From an uncultured virus (IMG/VR IMGVR_UViG_3300029258_003476) (lineage: Duplodnaviria; Heunggongvirae; Uroviricota; Caudoviricetes): DNA of 20,000 nucleotides. A program made the translations under genes and the position numbers. Below the pieces are notes generated by a model. It worked only from the letters and a program-made list of their open reading frames with translations. It was not told the origin of the DNA and made no database searches. The DNA lies in the IMG/VR virus record IMGVR_UViG_3300029258_003476, positions 51,759 through 71,758 of that record; one strand, 5' to 3'. Each line of letters begins with the position of its first letter. Within the stretch, counting starts at the first letter, position 1. Shown piece by piece: positions 8,135-14,978 of the stretch.

Positions 8135-8479
8135 ATGAACGACTACGAGAAGCTGGCCTACAAGCGCATCGTCATCAAGAACATCGCAATCTTCCTCGAC
8201 AGGGCCGAGACCATGCACGAGGAGGACTTCCTTCCTTCGAGCAAGTCCGAGGTTCCTCAGGAGGTCTTGGAGGAGATGAAGGCGGAGTTCGACGCGTTTG
8301 CCGTCGAGCTCGAGCAGCAGCTCAGCTGTTACCAACTGGTGAGGATAGAGGATGACCAACCGAAAGAACGGAAGTCGAAAGCCGCCCCAAAACGCAATGC
8401 CCCGAAGGCCCGGAAAGCCTCAGCCAAGCCTGGAGGAAAGGGTAAGGCAACTCGAGCAGCTCGTCGCAAGCCAGAGTAG
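8135..8479 (+). CDS. Hypothetical protein, acidic helical body and Lys/Ala/Arg-rich tail
   Basis: GAGG SD, strong codon bias in first ~70 codons. Confidence 0.8.
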   Translation: MNDYEKLAYKRIVIKNIAIFLDRAETMHEEDFLPSSKSEVPQEVLEEMKAEFDAFAVELEQQLSCYQLVRIEDDQPKERKSKAAPKRNAPKARKASAKPGGKGKATRAARRKPE

Positions 8480-8846
8480 CCGCATCAAGACGGTCGAGGA
8501 CGAGCTCGTTCGCATGGCGGGGGTCGTTGACAACAACGCGGCCATCCTTCGTGACAGCTTCATGGCGCACGACGCTATGATCTTCGTGATGGACCTGATC
8601 GTTCGAGACGTCTGCAACGAGGGGCCGGAGTGTTTCGAGGACGGCACCATCGACTACAACTTCTACATGGAGAAGTACCGAGAGAAGCTCGAGGCGGAAG
8701 CAGGGCAAGAAGATGTTGCGCCTGCCCCTGAGCAAGAAGTACCTTCTGAGCAGCCCATTACCCCTGCCGAACAGGCGGACGAGGGCGAGTACCCAGAGGG
8801 TGCGGTAGTCTTCGGAGGAGATCATGGCCAAACTGCAGAGGGGTAG
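8352..8846 (+). CDS. Hypothetical coiled-coil protein with acidic C-terminus
   Basis: LEERVRQLEQLV heptads; GAGG upstream; start could lie further downstream. Confidence 0.75.
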   Translation: MTNRKNGSRKPPQNAMPRRPGKPQPSLEERVRQLEQLVASQSSRIKTVEDELVRMAGVVDNNAAILRDSFMAHDAMIFVMDLIVRDVCNEGPECFEDGTIDYNFYMEKYREKLEAEAGQEDVAPAPEQEVPSEQPITPAEQADEGEYPEGAVVFGGDHGQTAEG

Positions 8847-9021
8847 AGAGACTTCGCAGGGAGTCGTCGTCAAGCGGGAGAGTGAGAAGGAGCCCCTCGG
8901 GAAGCTCAGGTGCCCCCGGTGCAAGGGCGCTGCCATCAGCGTTGTGCAGCGCGGGGGCCAAAGCCTGATGTGCTGCCAGAGCTGCGGGCGCAAGTGGTCC
9001 GCCAAGGCCATGAAGGGCTAA
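8824..9021 (+). CDS. Small zinc-ribbon protein (CPRC...CQSC)
   Basis: GGAGGA SD before ATG 8824; LRCPRCKG...CCQSCGRKW. Confidence 0.8.
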   Translation: MAKLQRGRETSQGVVVKRESEKEPLGKLRCPRCKGAAISVVQRGGQSLMCCQSCGRKWSAKAMKG

Positions 9022-9059
9022 AAAAGGAGCGGGGACCCCGGCCGCTAGGGCCCCCGCTC
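9020..9059 (-). terminator. Intrinsic terminator for minus-strand transcription
   Basis: Minus-strand RNA GAGCGGGGGCCC-9 nt loop-GGGUCCCCGCUC-CUUUUUU; the one imperfect pair is G:U on the minus strand but A:C on the plus strand; U-tract only on minus. Confidence 0.75.
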
Positions 9060-9099
9060 AGGGTGAGCCGCACCATGCGCCACCCGGAGGGAGGTACAG

Positions 9100-9336
9100 G
9101 TGACGATCAAAGTGACGGCTGAGGGGCAGGACGGTGCGGCCCTTGAGGCGGAAGCCAACGAGGCCATCGACGCGTTCGACGACTGGTTTCAGGAGGAACT
9201 GCAGAACGCGCCGATGACCCCGAGCGAAGTCGCTGCGGTGAAAACGTTTCTGTGGTGGTCGATTCAGCGGGGTAGGGGGAACCCTAGACCCACTGTTTTG
9301 CCACCCAAGCCACGCCTTCCTTCACGAGGAGGATGA
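9100..9336 (+). CDS. Small acidic helical protein
   Basis: Strong SD GGAGGT before GTG 9100; protein-like first ~55 residues; 3' end overlaps a convergent gene. Confidence 0.65.
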   Translation: MTIKVTAEGQDGAALEAEANEAIDAFDDWFQEELQNAPMTPSEVAAVKTFLWWSIQRGRGNPRPTVLPPKPRLPSRGG

Positions 9337-9820
9337 GCCCGTACGCCGTCACGGCGATGGCGACCGCGATGCCGGTGTAGAGGGCCACTCGTCCGATGTC
9401 GACGTTGATCGACAGGCCGTCCTTCGTCGAGACGAGCTCGGCGACAGCGGGGGCGCGGTTGAGGCTTGCTTCGAGCGCGCGGATCTCGCGCTGCATCTCG
9501 AGCTCGCTCGCGCGCTGTCCGTACTGTCCCGCCAACTGCTGCTGCTGCATCTCGCGGATCTGGCCCTGCAAGGCCATGAACTCCTTCATCTTGTCGGGGT
9601 CCAGTCCGGACACGGGCTGGGCGGTGGGGGGCGTCGACGCGGTGAAGCCGTTGATCGCGTCCGCCACGCCGGGAGGCGGGGTCGCGGGCGCGTTGTTCTT
9701 GAGCGCCTCGGCCGCGCCGGCGTTGGCGTTCTGCTGGGCGAAGAAGCTCAGCACCGGCTGGAGCTGCGTCTGGAAGCTGTCGAACTTTTCGCTGAGTTCT
9801 TTCACGGTCGGTGTGGTCAT
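9284..9820 (-). CDS. Coiled-coil protein with C-terminal transmembrane anchor
   Basis: AGGAG upstream; Gln-rich coiled coil; hydrophobic VALYTGIAVAIAVTAYGLILLV near the C-terminus. Confidence 0.85.
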   Translation of the reverse strand: MTTPTVKELSEKFDSFQTQLQPVLSFFAQQNANAGAAEALKNNAPATPPPGVADAINGFTASTPPTAQPVSGLDPDKMKEFMALQGQIREMQQQQLAGQYGQRASELEMQREIRALEASLNRAPAVAELVSTKDGLSINVDIGRVALYTGIAVAIAVTAYGLILLVKEGVAWVAKQWV

Positions 9821-9904
9821 CTGTTTCTATCTCCTGCTTGCAGGTTCTGGTTGCCCACGCGGCATGCGTAGGGCTGACGTCACTGTTCTTTTGACTGCTT
9901 TTCT

Positions 9905-10315
9905 TCAGATCTTGGTGCCAATCATCTTGTTCAAGCCGTGCGTGGCCTTGTCCTTCGTCATGACGACAGAAGAACATTCCGGGCACACGAGCCCATGCGC
10001 CCTCGCAATCTGCTCGAGCTTCTCTCCTCCCTTCAGTTGGCTCGCCATCATGTGCGCGAGGAAGACGGTGTCCTTCAGGCTCTTGCCAGGCTGAAGCCCC
10101 GCGAGCATCCGAGCCTTGAACAGCTCTAGAGCCTTCACGTCATCGGCCAGCGCGGCTTCGTTCACCACCATGGTCTCGAGCCCGCGGGCCTTGAGATCTT
10201 CGTTGAAGTCCTCGAGTGCCATGATGCGCTTGACCCGCGTCTCCATGGGGTTGAGCACTGTGGCCCCCAAGATCCCCGCGAGAAGCGAGCCGAGTAGGAT
10301 GGTCAACGGATCCAT
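9905..10315 (-). CDS. Protein with N-terminal hydrophobic anchor/signal and a CPEC motif
   Basis: SD AAGGAGGT before ATG 10315 (MDPLTILLGSLLAGILGATVL), preferred to track start 10366. Confidence 0.85.
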   Translation of the reverse strand: MDPLTILLGSLLAGILGATVLNPMETRVKRIMALEDFNEDLKARGLETMVVNEAALADDVKALELFKARMLAGLQPGKSLKDTVFLAHMMASQLKGGEKLEQIARAHGLVCPECSSVVMTKDKATHGLNKMIGTKI

Positions 10316-10404
10316 TGGTTCTCTACCTCCTTGTATTGAATCGCTGCTCTTATGCCCCCGTTTCATAGCTTTTTTGACTACTTGGCGTGTGCTACTCTCG
10401 GCGC
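10316..10404. promoter_or_regulatory. AT-richer divergent promoter region; + strand extended -10 TGTGcTACTCT (10388-10398) ending 6 nt before ATG 10405
   Basis: Only divergent intergenic gap in the window; TG-n-TAnnnT motif; TTGACT at 10374-10379 has only a 13-nt spacer. Confidence 0.5.
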
Positions 10405-13400
10405 ATGTGGTCCCATGAGATCAGTGCGCTGAACGGGCAGTTCCAGCAGCAAGCCATGATGCAGACTGCGATGGCCCAGCAGATGACCATGGGGCGGATG
10501 CCCGGCGCGCAAGCGGACATGCTTACGGGCATGGCCGTCAACCACGCGCAGGCAATCGGGTCACCGATTCTGAGCACGGCGGCGGGGCTCACGGGGCTCG
10601 ATAGCCCCATGTCCGGCGCCATCACCGGTGGCATGTTCGGCATGGCCCTTGGCCCGGTGGGGGCGGTTGCTGGGGCGGGTATCGGGGCAGGGATGGGGGC
10701 CATCGGCAGCGTGGGCATGGGTGCGGCGCAGTTCGCCGCCGGCAACTTCATGCAGGGCATGCAGCAGCAGCAGGGCCTGAACATGATGATGCGTCAGCAG
10801 TACGGCGGCATGGGGATGACCCGCAGTCAGATGGGCCAGACGGGGGCAGCCATCAGAGAGATGACCCACGATGTCATGCCAGGCGGCCAGATGCTCGGTT
10901 ATGAGCAGCTCCAGGGCCTCGCCAGCAACATGGGCCGGATGGGGTTCACGCAAACCCTGACGGATGTGCGGCAGTTCAGTCAGAAGTTCAGGGAGATGAT
11001 CGACACGCTCAAGACCGTCTCCCAGGACCTCGGCACGTCCCTCGAGAACGCTCAGCAGATGGTCGTGAGCATGAGGGGCTCGGGCCTGTTCCAGAAGGCC
11101 GACCAGCTGCGCATGAGCGCGCAGGTTCGCCAGAACGCTTTGAGCGGCGTCTCCATACAGGAGACCACGCAGATGGCCAACATCGGTTCGCAGATCTCTC
11201 GCAGCATCGGCGGGCTCGGCCGGCAGGGTGCTGTCGCCGGCGCCCGTACCATCGGACAGGTTGGTGCCGCGCAGCGGGCAGGCGTCATCAGCGAAGAGGA
11301 CATCTACAACGTCACCGGCCTGACAGGTTCGGAGGGGCGCACCGCGTACGCGCAGCAGATGCTCTCGATGGACGCCCGGTTCCTGCGTGGAGGGCTCGGG
11401 CGCCGGCTGATGGCTTCCATGGCCTCGGAGAACGCCGGCGAGATCGATGAGGAAGCCTTCGACAGCTTCATGTCCGGCGGCTTCTCCACCGGCGAGACCA
11501 TGGGGCAAGCTCGCCCACGCGCTGCTCGTCTCGGCCGCGCCTCGTTCATTCGTAACGAGGGGCGCCTCCGCGGTTCTCTGCTCGAGAAGGGCGGAGGCGG
11601 GCTGGCCCTGCGCGCCTTCCAGGGGTGGCTGGGTAGCCGGGGTATGGATGTCTACGGCATGGACGACCGGGCCAAGATCTTCGCCCAGCGCCGCCTGGGA
11701 CTCGGTCGGGAAGAGATCGACGTCATGACCCAGCAGCTCCGGCGTATGGGCGACGTCAACCAGTTCATGGAGTCACAGCGCGAGCAGGACTCCTTCCAGC
11801 GCGAGCAGATCTCGGAGCGTAACCGCACAGGCGTCGAGGGCATGAAGCGGTCCTTCGACCAGTTCCGGCACCGAGTGCAGAGCTCCATCCAAGAGGTCGG
11901 CGCCAAGACGTACAACGACATGTCCGGGTGGGTAGAGGACCAGCTCAATCGGATGTTCGGTACGTACAGTGAGGAGATCGACGCGCAGATGAACGAGGCT
12001 TTCGCGTCGTTCCGTTCGAGCAAAGGGCAGAGCTTCTACGCCAACCAGCGCATCAACCAGCTCCAGACGGCCGCCGGCGGCTTCGGTCGCGGTATCAACG
12101 CCCCCACGCAGTTCAGTGCTGGTTTTGGAGGAGGGCCCACCGACGTCGACGCCTACAGGGCCATGGCGCAGGGCGGTTCCATGATGGGCCGGGTGCAGGG
12201 CTGGCTCAACGAGAACACGGCGCTTGGGATGCCGAACGCCGAGGAGCGAACGGGCTTCAGGTTCAAGTACGACCCCAGTAAGGGCGGGTCGGAGAGTGAG
12301 CAGTTCAGGTCGTTCAAGAGGCGAGTAACTGCCGCGAATCAGGGCGCCAGAGCTGTGATCGACAAGTCCGTTACCGCCTCCGCAGCGGCGGCGAGGGATC
12401 AGATCTGGAGCGTGGGCTTCCTGGACAAGCTCTCCAAGACGCAGGGCGAGGACAAGCTCGCGTTGATCGAGTCGCAGATCGCAAACGTCCCGGGGATGGG
12501 GGACGTCAACAAGGAGATTGACCGCCTCAAGAGTGAGGGCAAGCGTCTGGACGCGGAGATCGAGAACACGAGGGACCCCGCCAAGAGGGCGGCACTTGAA
12601 GAGAAAAAGAACGGTCTTCTGGCCAGAAGGATGAACATCAGCCAGTCGGTGGCGGCTGGGGCTACAGGCGTCACCTCTCTTGGGTTCAGCGGCAAGTCAC
12701 CGTTCGCCGCCATGGGTATGGCGGGGATGTCCCGGCGTGACCGAATGAGCGCCTACGGTGAGGCCATGATGTATGGCGACGACGCCATGAAGCGTGACGA
12801 GCAGATCGCCGGAGAAGGCGTGGATGCCCTGGCGCTGGGTGGGGCCGGCATGCTCCTTGAGCTGGGTGACAGGCTTGGCGTGTTCAGGGAGGGCAAGGAC
12901 AAGGCGTTTTCGGCAGGTGGATGGAGGAAGGCTTTCGAGAGCACGCCAATGGGGGCGGCGTCTCCGGTCTTCAGCAAGGGCTTGGACTGGTTGAAGGGGG
13001 CCACTGCTGACGTACGCTCTAGGCTGCGTGGGGGCATGGGTCGCGGGGCCATGGAGAGCGAGCTCGCAGGTCTCATTACGGGCACGGAGGGCCGTGGGAT
13101 GATGGCGACGGCCCTTACTGGTGGTGAGAGGCAGAGCCAGGCCCTATTGGCCAGAGTTCGGCGTGAGATGGCAGGGGAGGCAGGCAAGGACTCTGCGCGG
13201 AAGAAGATGCTCGGCATCATCGGAGCTGCCGCCGAGATACGAAAGATCAATGACCCCACCAGCCGGTTGAGTAAGAAGGAGAAGCAGGAGCGACTGCAGA
13301 AGGTGGCCGAGGACTACGGCTTCGAAAGTGCCGACGAGATGCAGAACGTTGTGAACGCGGCCAGGGACGCGAACACCATGGAGTCCCGGCGCGAGATGGC

Positions 13401-13620
13401 CAAGGGCGCTCAGAAGTACGGCAAGATCGCTGAAAAGAAGATGGAGGAGTTTGCCGATCTTGGTGTGGTAGGCGCGGACGGCAAGCTGAGCAAGGAGTTC
13501 TTGAAGAGCCTGCGGCAAGCTGAGCAAGGAGTTCTTGAAGAGCCTGTCTCCGGAAGCCGCGCAGCTTGCTGGGGCCATGGTGGGCGCAGAGAGGGCCATG
13601 GCAGGAGGAGCGTTCGCTGA
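10405..13620 (+). CDS. Tape-measure-like protein, N-terminal part (frameshifted by duplication at 13479-13546)
   Basis: Very long helical Ala/Gly/Met/Gln-rich protein with Gly-zipper hydrophobic segment; precedes baseplate-like genes; the last ~35 codons are off-frame. Confidence 0.7.
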   Translation: MWSHEISALNGQFQQQAMMQTAMAQQMTMGRMPGAQADMLTGMAVNHAQAIGSPILSTAAGLTGLDSPMSGAITGGMFGMALGPVGAVAGAGIGAGMGAIGSVGMGAAQFAAGNFMQGMQQQQGLNMMMRQQYGGMGMTRSQMGQTGAAIREMTHDVMPGGQMLGYEQLQGLASNMGRMGFTQTLTDVRQFSQKFREMIDTLKTVSQDLGTSLENAQQMVVSMRGSGLFQKADQLRMSAQVRQNALSGVSIQETTQMANIGSQISRSIGGLGRQGAVAGARTIGQVGAAQRAGVISEEDIYNVTGLTGSEGRTAYAQQMLSMDARFLRGGLGRRLMASMASENAGEIDEEAFDSFMSGGFSTGETMGQARPRAARLGRASFIRNEGRLRGSLLEKGGGGLALRAFQGWLGSRGMDVYGMDDRAKIFAQRRLGLGREEIDVMTQQLRRMGDVNQFMESQREQDSFQREQISERNRTGVEGMKRSFDQFRHRVQSSIQEVGAKTYNDMSGWVEDQLNRMFGTYSEEIDAQMNEAFASFRSSKGQSFYANQRINQLQTAAGGFGRGINAPTQFSAGFGGGPTDVDAYRAMAQGGSMMGRVQGWLNENTALGMPNAEERTGFRFKYDPSKGGSESEQFRSFKRRVTAANQGARAVIDKSVTASAAAARDQIWSVGFLDKLSKTQGEDKLALIESQIANVPGMGDVNKEIDRLKSEGKRLDAEIENTRDPAKRAALEEKKNGLLARRMNISQSVAAGATGVTSLGFSGKSPFAAMGMAGMSRRDRMSAYGEAMMYGDDAMKRDEQIAGEGVDALALGGAGMLLELGDRLGVFREGKDKAFSAGGWRKAFESTPMGAASPVFSKGLDWLKGATADVRSRLRGGMGRGAMESELAGLITGTEGRGMMATALTGGERQSQALLARVRREMAGEAGKDSARKKMLGIIGAAAEIRKINDPTSRLSKKEKQERLQKVAEDYGFESADEMQNVVNAARDANTMESRREMAKGAQKYGKIAEKKMEEFADLGVVGADGKLSKEFLKSLRQAEQGVLEEPVSGSRAACWGHGGRREGHGRRSVR
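13479..13546. repeat. Perfect 34-bp tandem duplication CGGCAAGCTGAGCAAGGAGTTCTTGAAGAGCCTG x2
   Basis: Copies at 13479-13512 and 13513-13546; 34 is not a multiple of 3. Confidence 0.97.
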
Positions 13621-14353
13621 CACCACGGACGAGGGCATGGCCATTGCTTCTGGAGCCTTCTCCGGCGCCGAGGAGCAGTACGGTCGGATGGACCGGTTCC
13701 TTGCCAACGCATCTTCTGCTCAGCTCAAGGAGATGGAGGAGTCGTTCCGAGGCGCCGAGGGCGGTGCCTTTGGTTTGCGGGCGGTACGGGGCGAGATGAC
13801 GGGTCGCCGGGCGGCCATGCGGGCGACGAGAGGGGGCCGCGCCGCCGGGATGGACGCGGCTAAGATCTTCGGGGGCAACAAGAAAACCCAGAGAGAGGTT
13901 CAGAATCTTGTTGCGTCCGGAAGGGTTGAGGAAGCCGTAGAGGTTCTATCCGCAGAAAGCGGAGCCGACTTCAGTACGGAAGAGCGCGACCAGTTGCGCA
14001 AGAGCCTGATCGAGGCCAGCGGAAGCAGTGCAAAGGCCATCCGAGGCAAACGGGGGGAGCTCCTCGGGTACGAAGCCGGGGAGAAGCTGGAAGGGGACGA
14101 GCTGGCCGCCACGATCAAGCGAGGTCGCGCCGGCGTCTTGGAGATTGGGCAGAAGAAGGCGGAGGAGAAAGAGGCCGCTTCTCGGCAAAAGGACGCAGAA
14201 AAGGACCCGAGCTACAAGATCTTGTCGACCATTGAGCAGCACCTGGCCGTGATAGCGGAAGATAAGACCGGCAAGAGATTGGGCGAGTTGATCGATGCGC
14301 AGTACCAGTCGGCGAACAAGATAGTGAGCGCCATACAAGAAGAGAAAGACTAG
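13535..14353 (+). CDS. Tape-measure-like protein, C-terminal part
   Basis: Removing one repeat copy fuses the frames (...GKLSKEFLKSLSPEAAQ...) into one 1304-aa ORF 10405-14353. Confidence 0.75.
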   Translation: MKSLSPEAAQLAGAMVGAERAMAGGAFADTTDEGMAIASGAFSGAEEQYGRMDRFLANASSAQLKEMEESFRGAEGGAFGLRAVRGEMTGRRAAMRATRGGRAAGMDAAKIFGGNKKTQREVQNLVASGRVEEAVEVLSAESGADFSTEERDQLRKSLIEASGSSAKAIRGKRGELLGYEAGEKLEGDELAATIKRGRAGVLEIGQKKAEEKEAASRQKDAEKDPSYKILSTIEQHLAVIAEDKTGKRLGELIDAQYQSANKIVSAIQEEKD

Positions 14354-14584
14354 ATGCTGTCGAAACTTCATCAGCCAACAAGTCCGTTCCCTGACGCAGT
14401 GCAGTGCGGGGCCTGCCGGGTCGAGGACTCCTTCAAGCTCTACAAGAACGGCTACGTCTACAACTTCGTGATGCGCAACCAGGTCGCAATAGAAGATCCG
14501 CACATCACCCTGATGAAGGCGCTGGCGTTCCAGATCCGTCATTCCGTGCCGTACCCCGGTGGTGTACCATCGCGGAGAACGTAA
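14354..14584 (+). CDS. Small hypothetical protein directly after the tape measure gene
   Basis: ATG abuts TAG; biased codons up to ~14560; overlaps the HNH ORF. Confidence 0.7.
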   Translation: MLSKLHQPTSPFPDAVQCGACRVEDSFKLYKNGYVYNFVMRNQVAIEDPHITLMKALAFQIRHSVPYPGGVPSRRT

Positions 14585-14978
14585 CCACAAGGCTCATCGA
14601 GTGTCGTGGGCGCTTCACAACGGGCCCGTTCCCGAAGGAAAGTGCGTCCTCCACCACTGCGACAATCCCAGATGCGTTCGTCCTGATCACCTATACATAG
14701 GGGACAAGAAAGACAACGCGCAGGATAGAGAGAACCGTAATCGGTCGAATCACGCTGTCGGCAGTAGGCACGGCAGGCACACCCATCCTGGCCAAACGTG
14801 CGGAGCTAGGAACGGTAGGGCGAAGCTGACGGAGCAACAAGTTCGTGAGCTTCTGAATGCGCACTTCAAGCAGGGCATGAGGAAGACGGATCTGGCTCGG
14901 CAGTACGACTTGAGCAAGACGACCGTCGGCCACATTGTGAGCGGTAAGCTCTGGCCTCACGTAGAAGGAAGGGTATAG
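14559..14978 (+). CDS. HNH homing endonuclease (HNH_3-type) with C-terminal helix-turn-helix; N-terminus apparently missing
   Basis: KAHRVSWALHNGPVP...VLHHCDNPRCVRPDHLYIGDKKDN signature; AKLTEQQVRE...TDLARQYDLSKTTVGHIVSGKLW HTH; atypical codon usage; in-frame TGA at 14514. Confidence 0.9.
   Translation: MVYHRGERNHKAHRVSWALHNGPVPEGKCVLHHCDNPRCVRPDHLYIGDKKDNAQDRENRNRSNHAVGSRHGRHTHPGQTCGARNGRAKLTEQQVRELLNAHFKQGMRKTDLARQYDLSKTTVGHIVSGKLWPHVEGRV

Noticed and set aside
9284..10315. Holin/spanin lysis cassette
   Set aside because: No endolysin, no lipobox Cys, and orientation opposite to the late genes.
10374..10398. Canonical sigma-70 -35/-10 pair TTGACT/TACTCT
   Set aside because: Spacer is 13 nt, too short; only the extended -10 is retained as a candidate.
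13479..13546. 34-bp repeat as a CRISPR array or att site
   Set aside because: Two abutting copies, no spacer, no cas or integrase gene, and the unit is ordinary coding sequence.
14559..14978. Group I intron carrying the HNH gene
   Set aside because: The segment is entirely filled by the ORF, leaving no evident room or recognisable core elements for a ribozyme.
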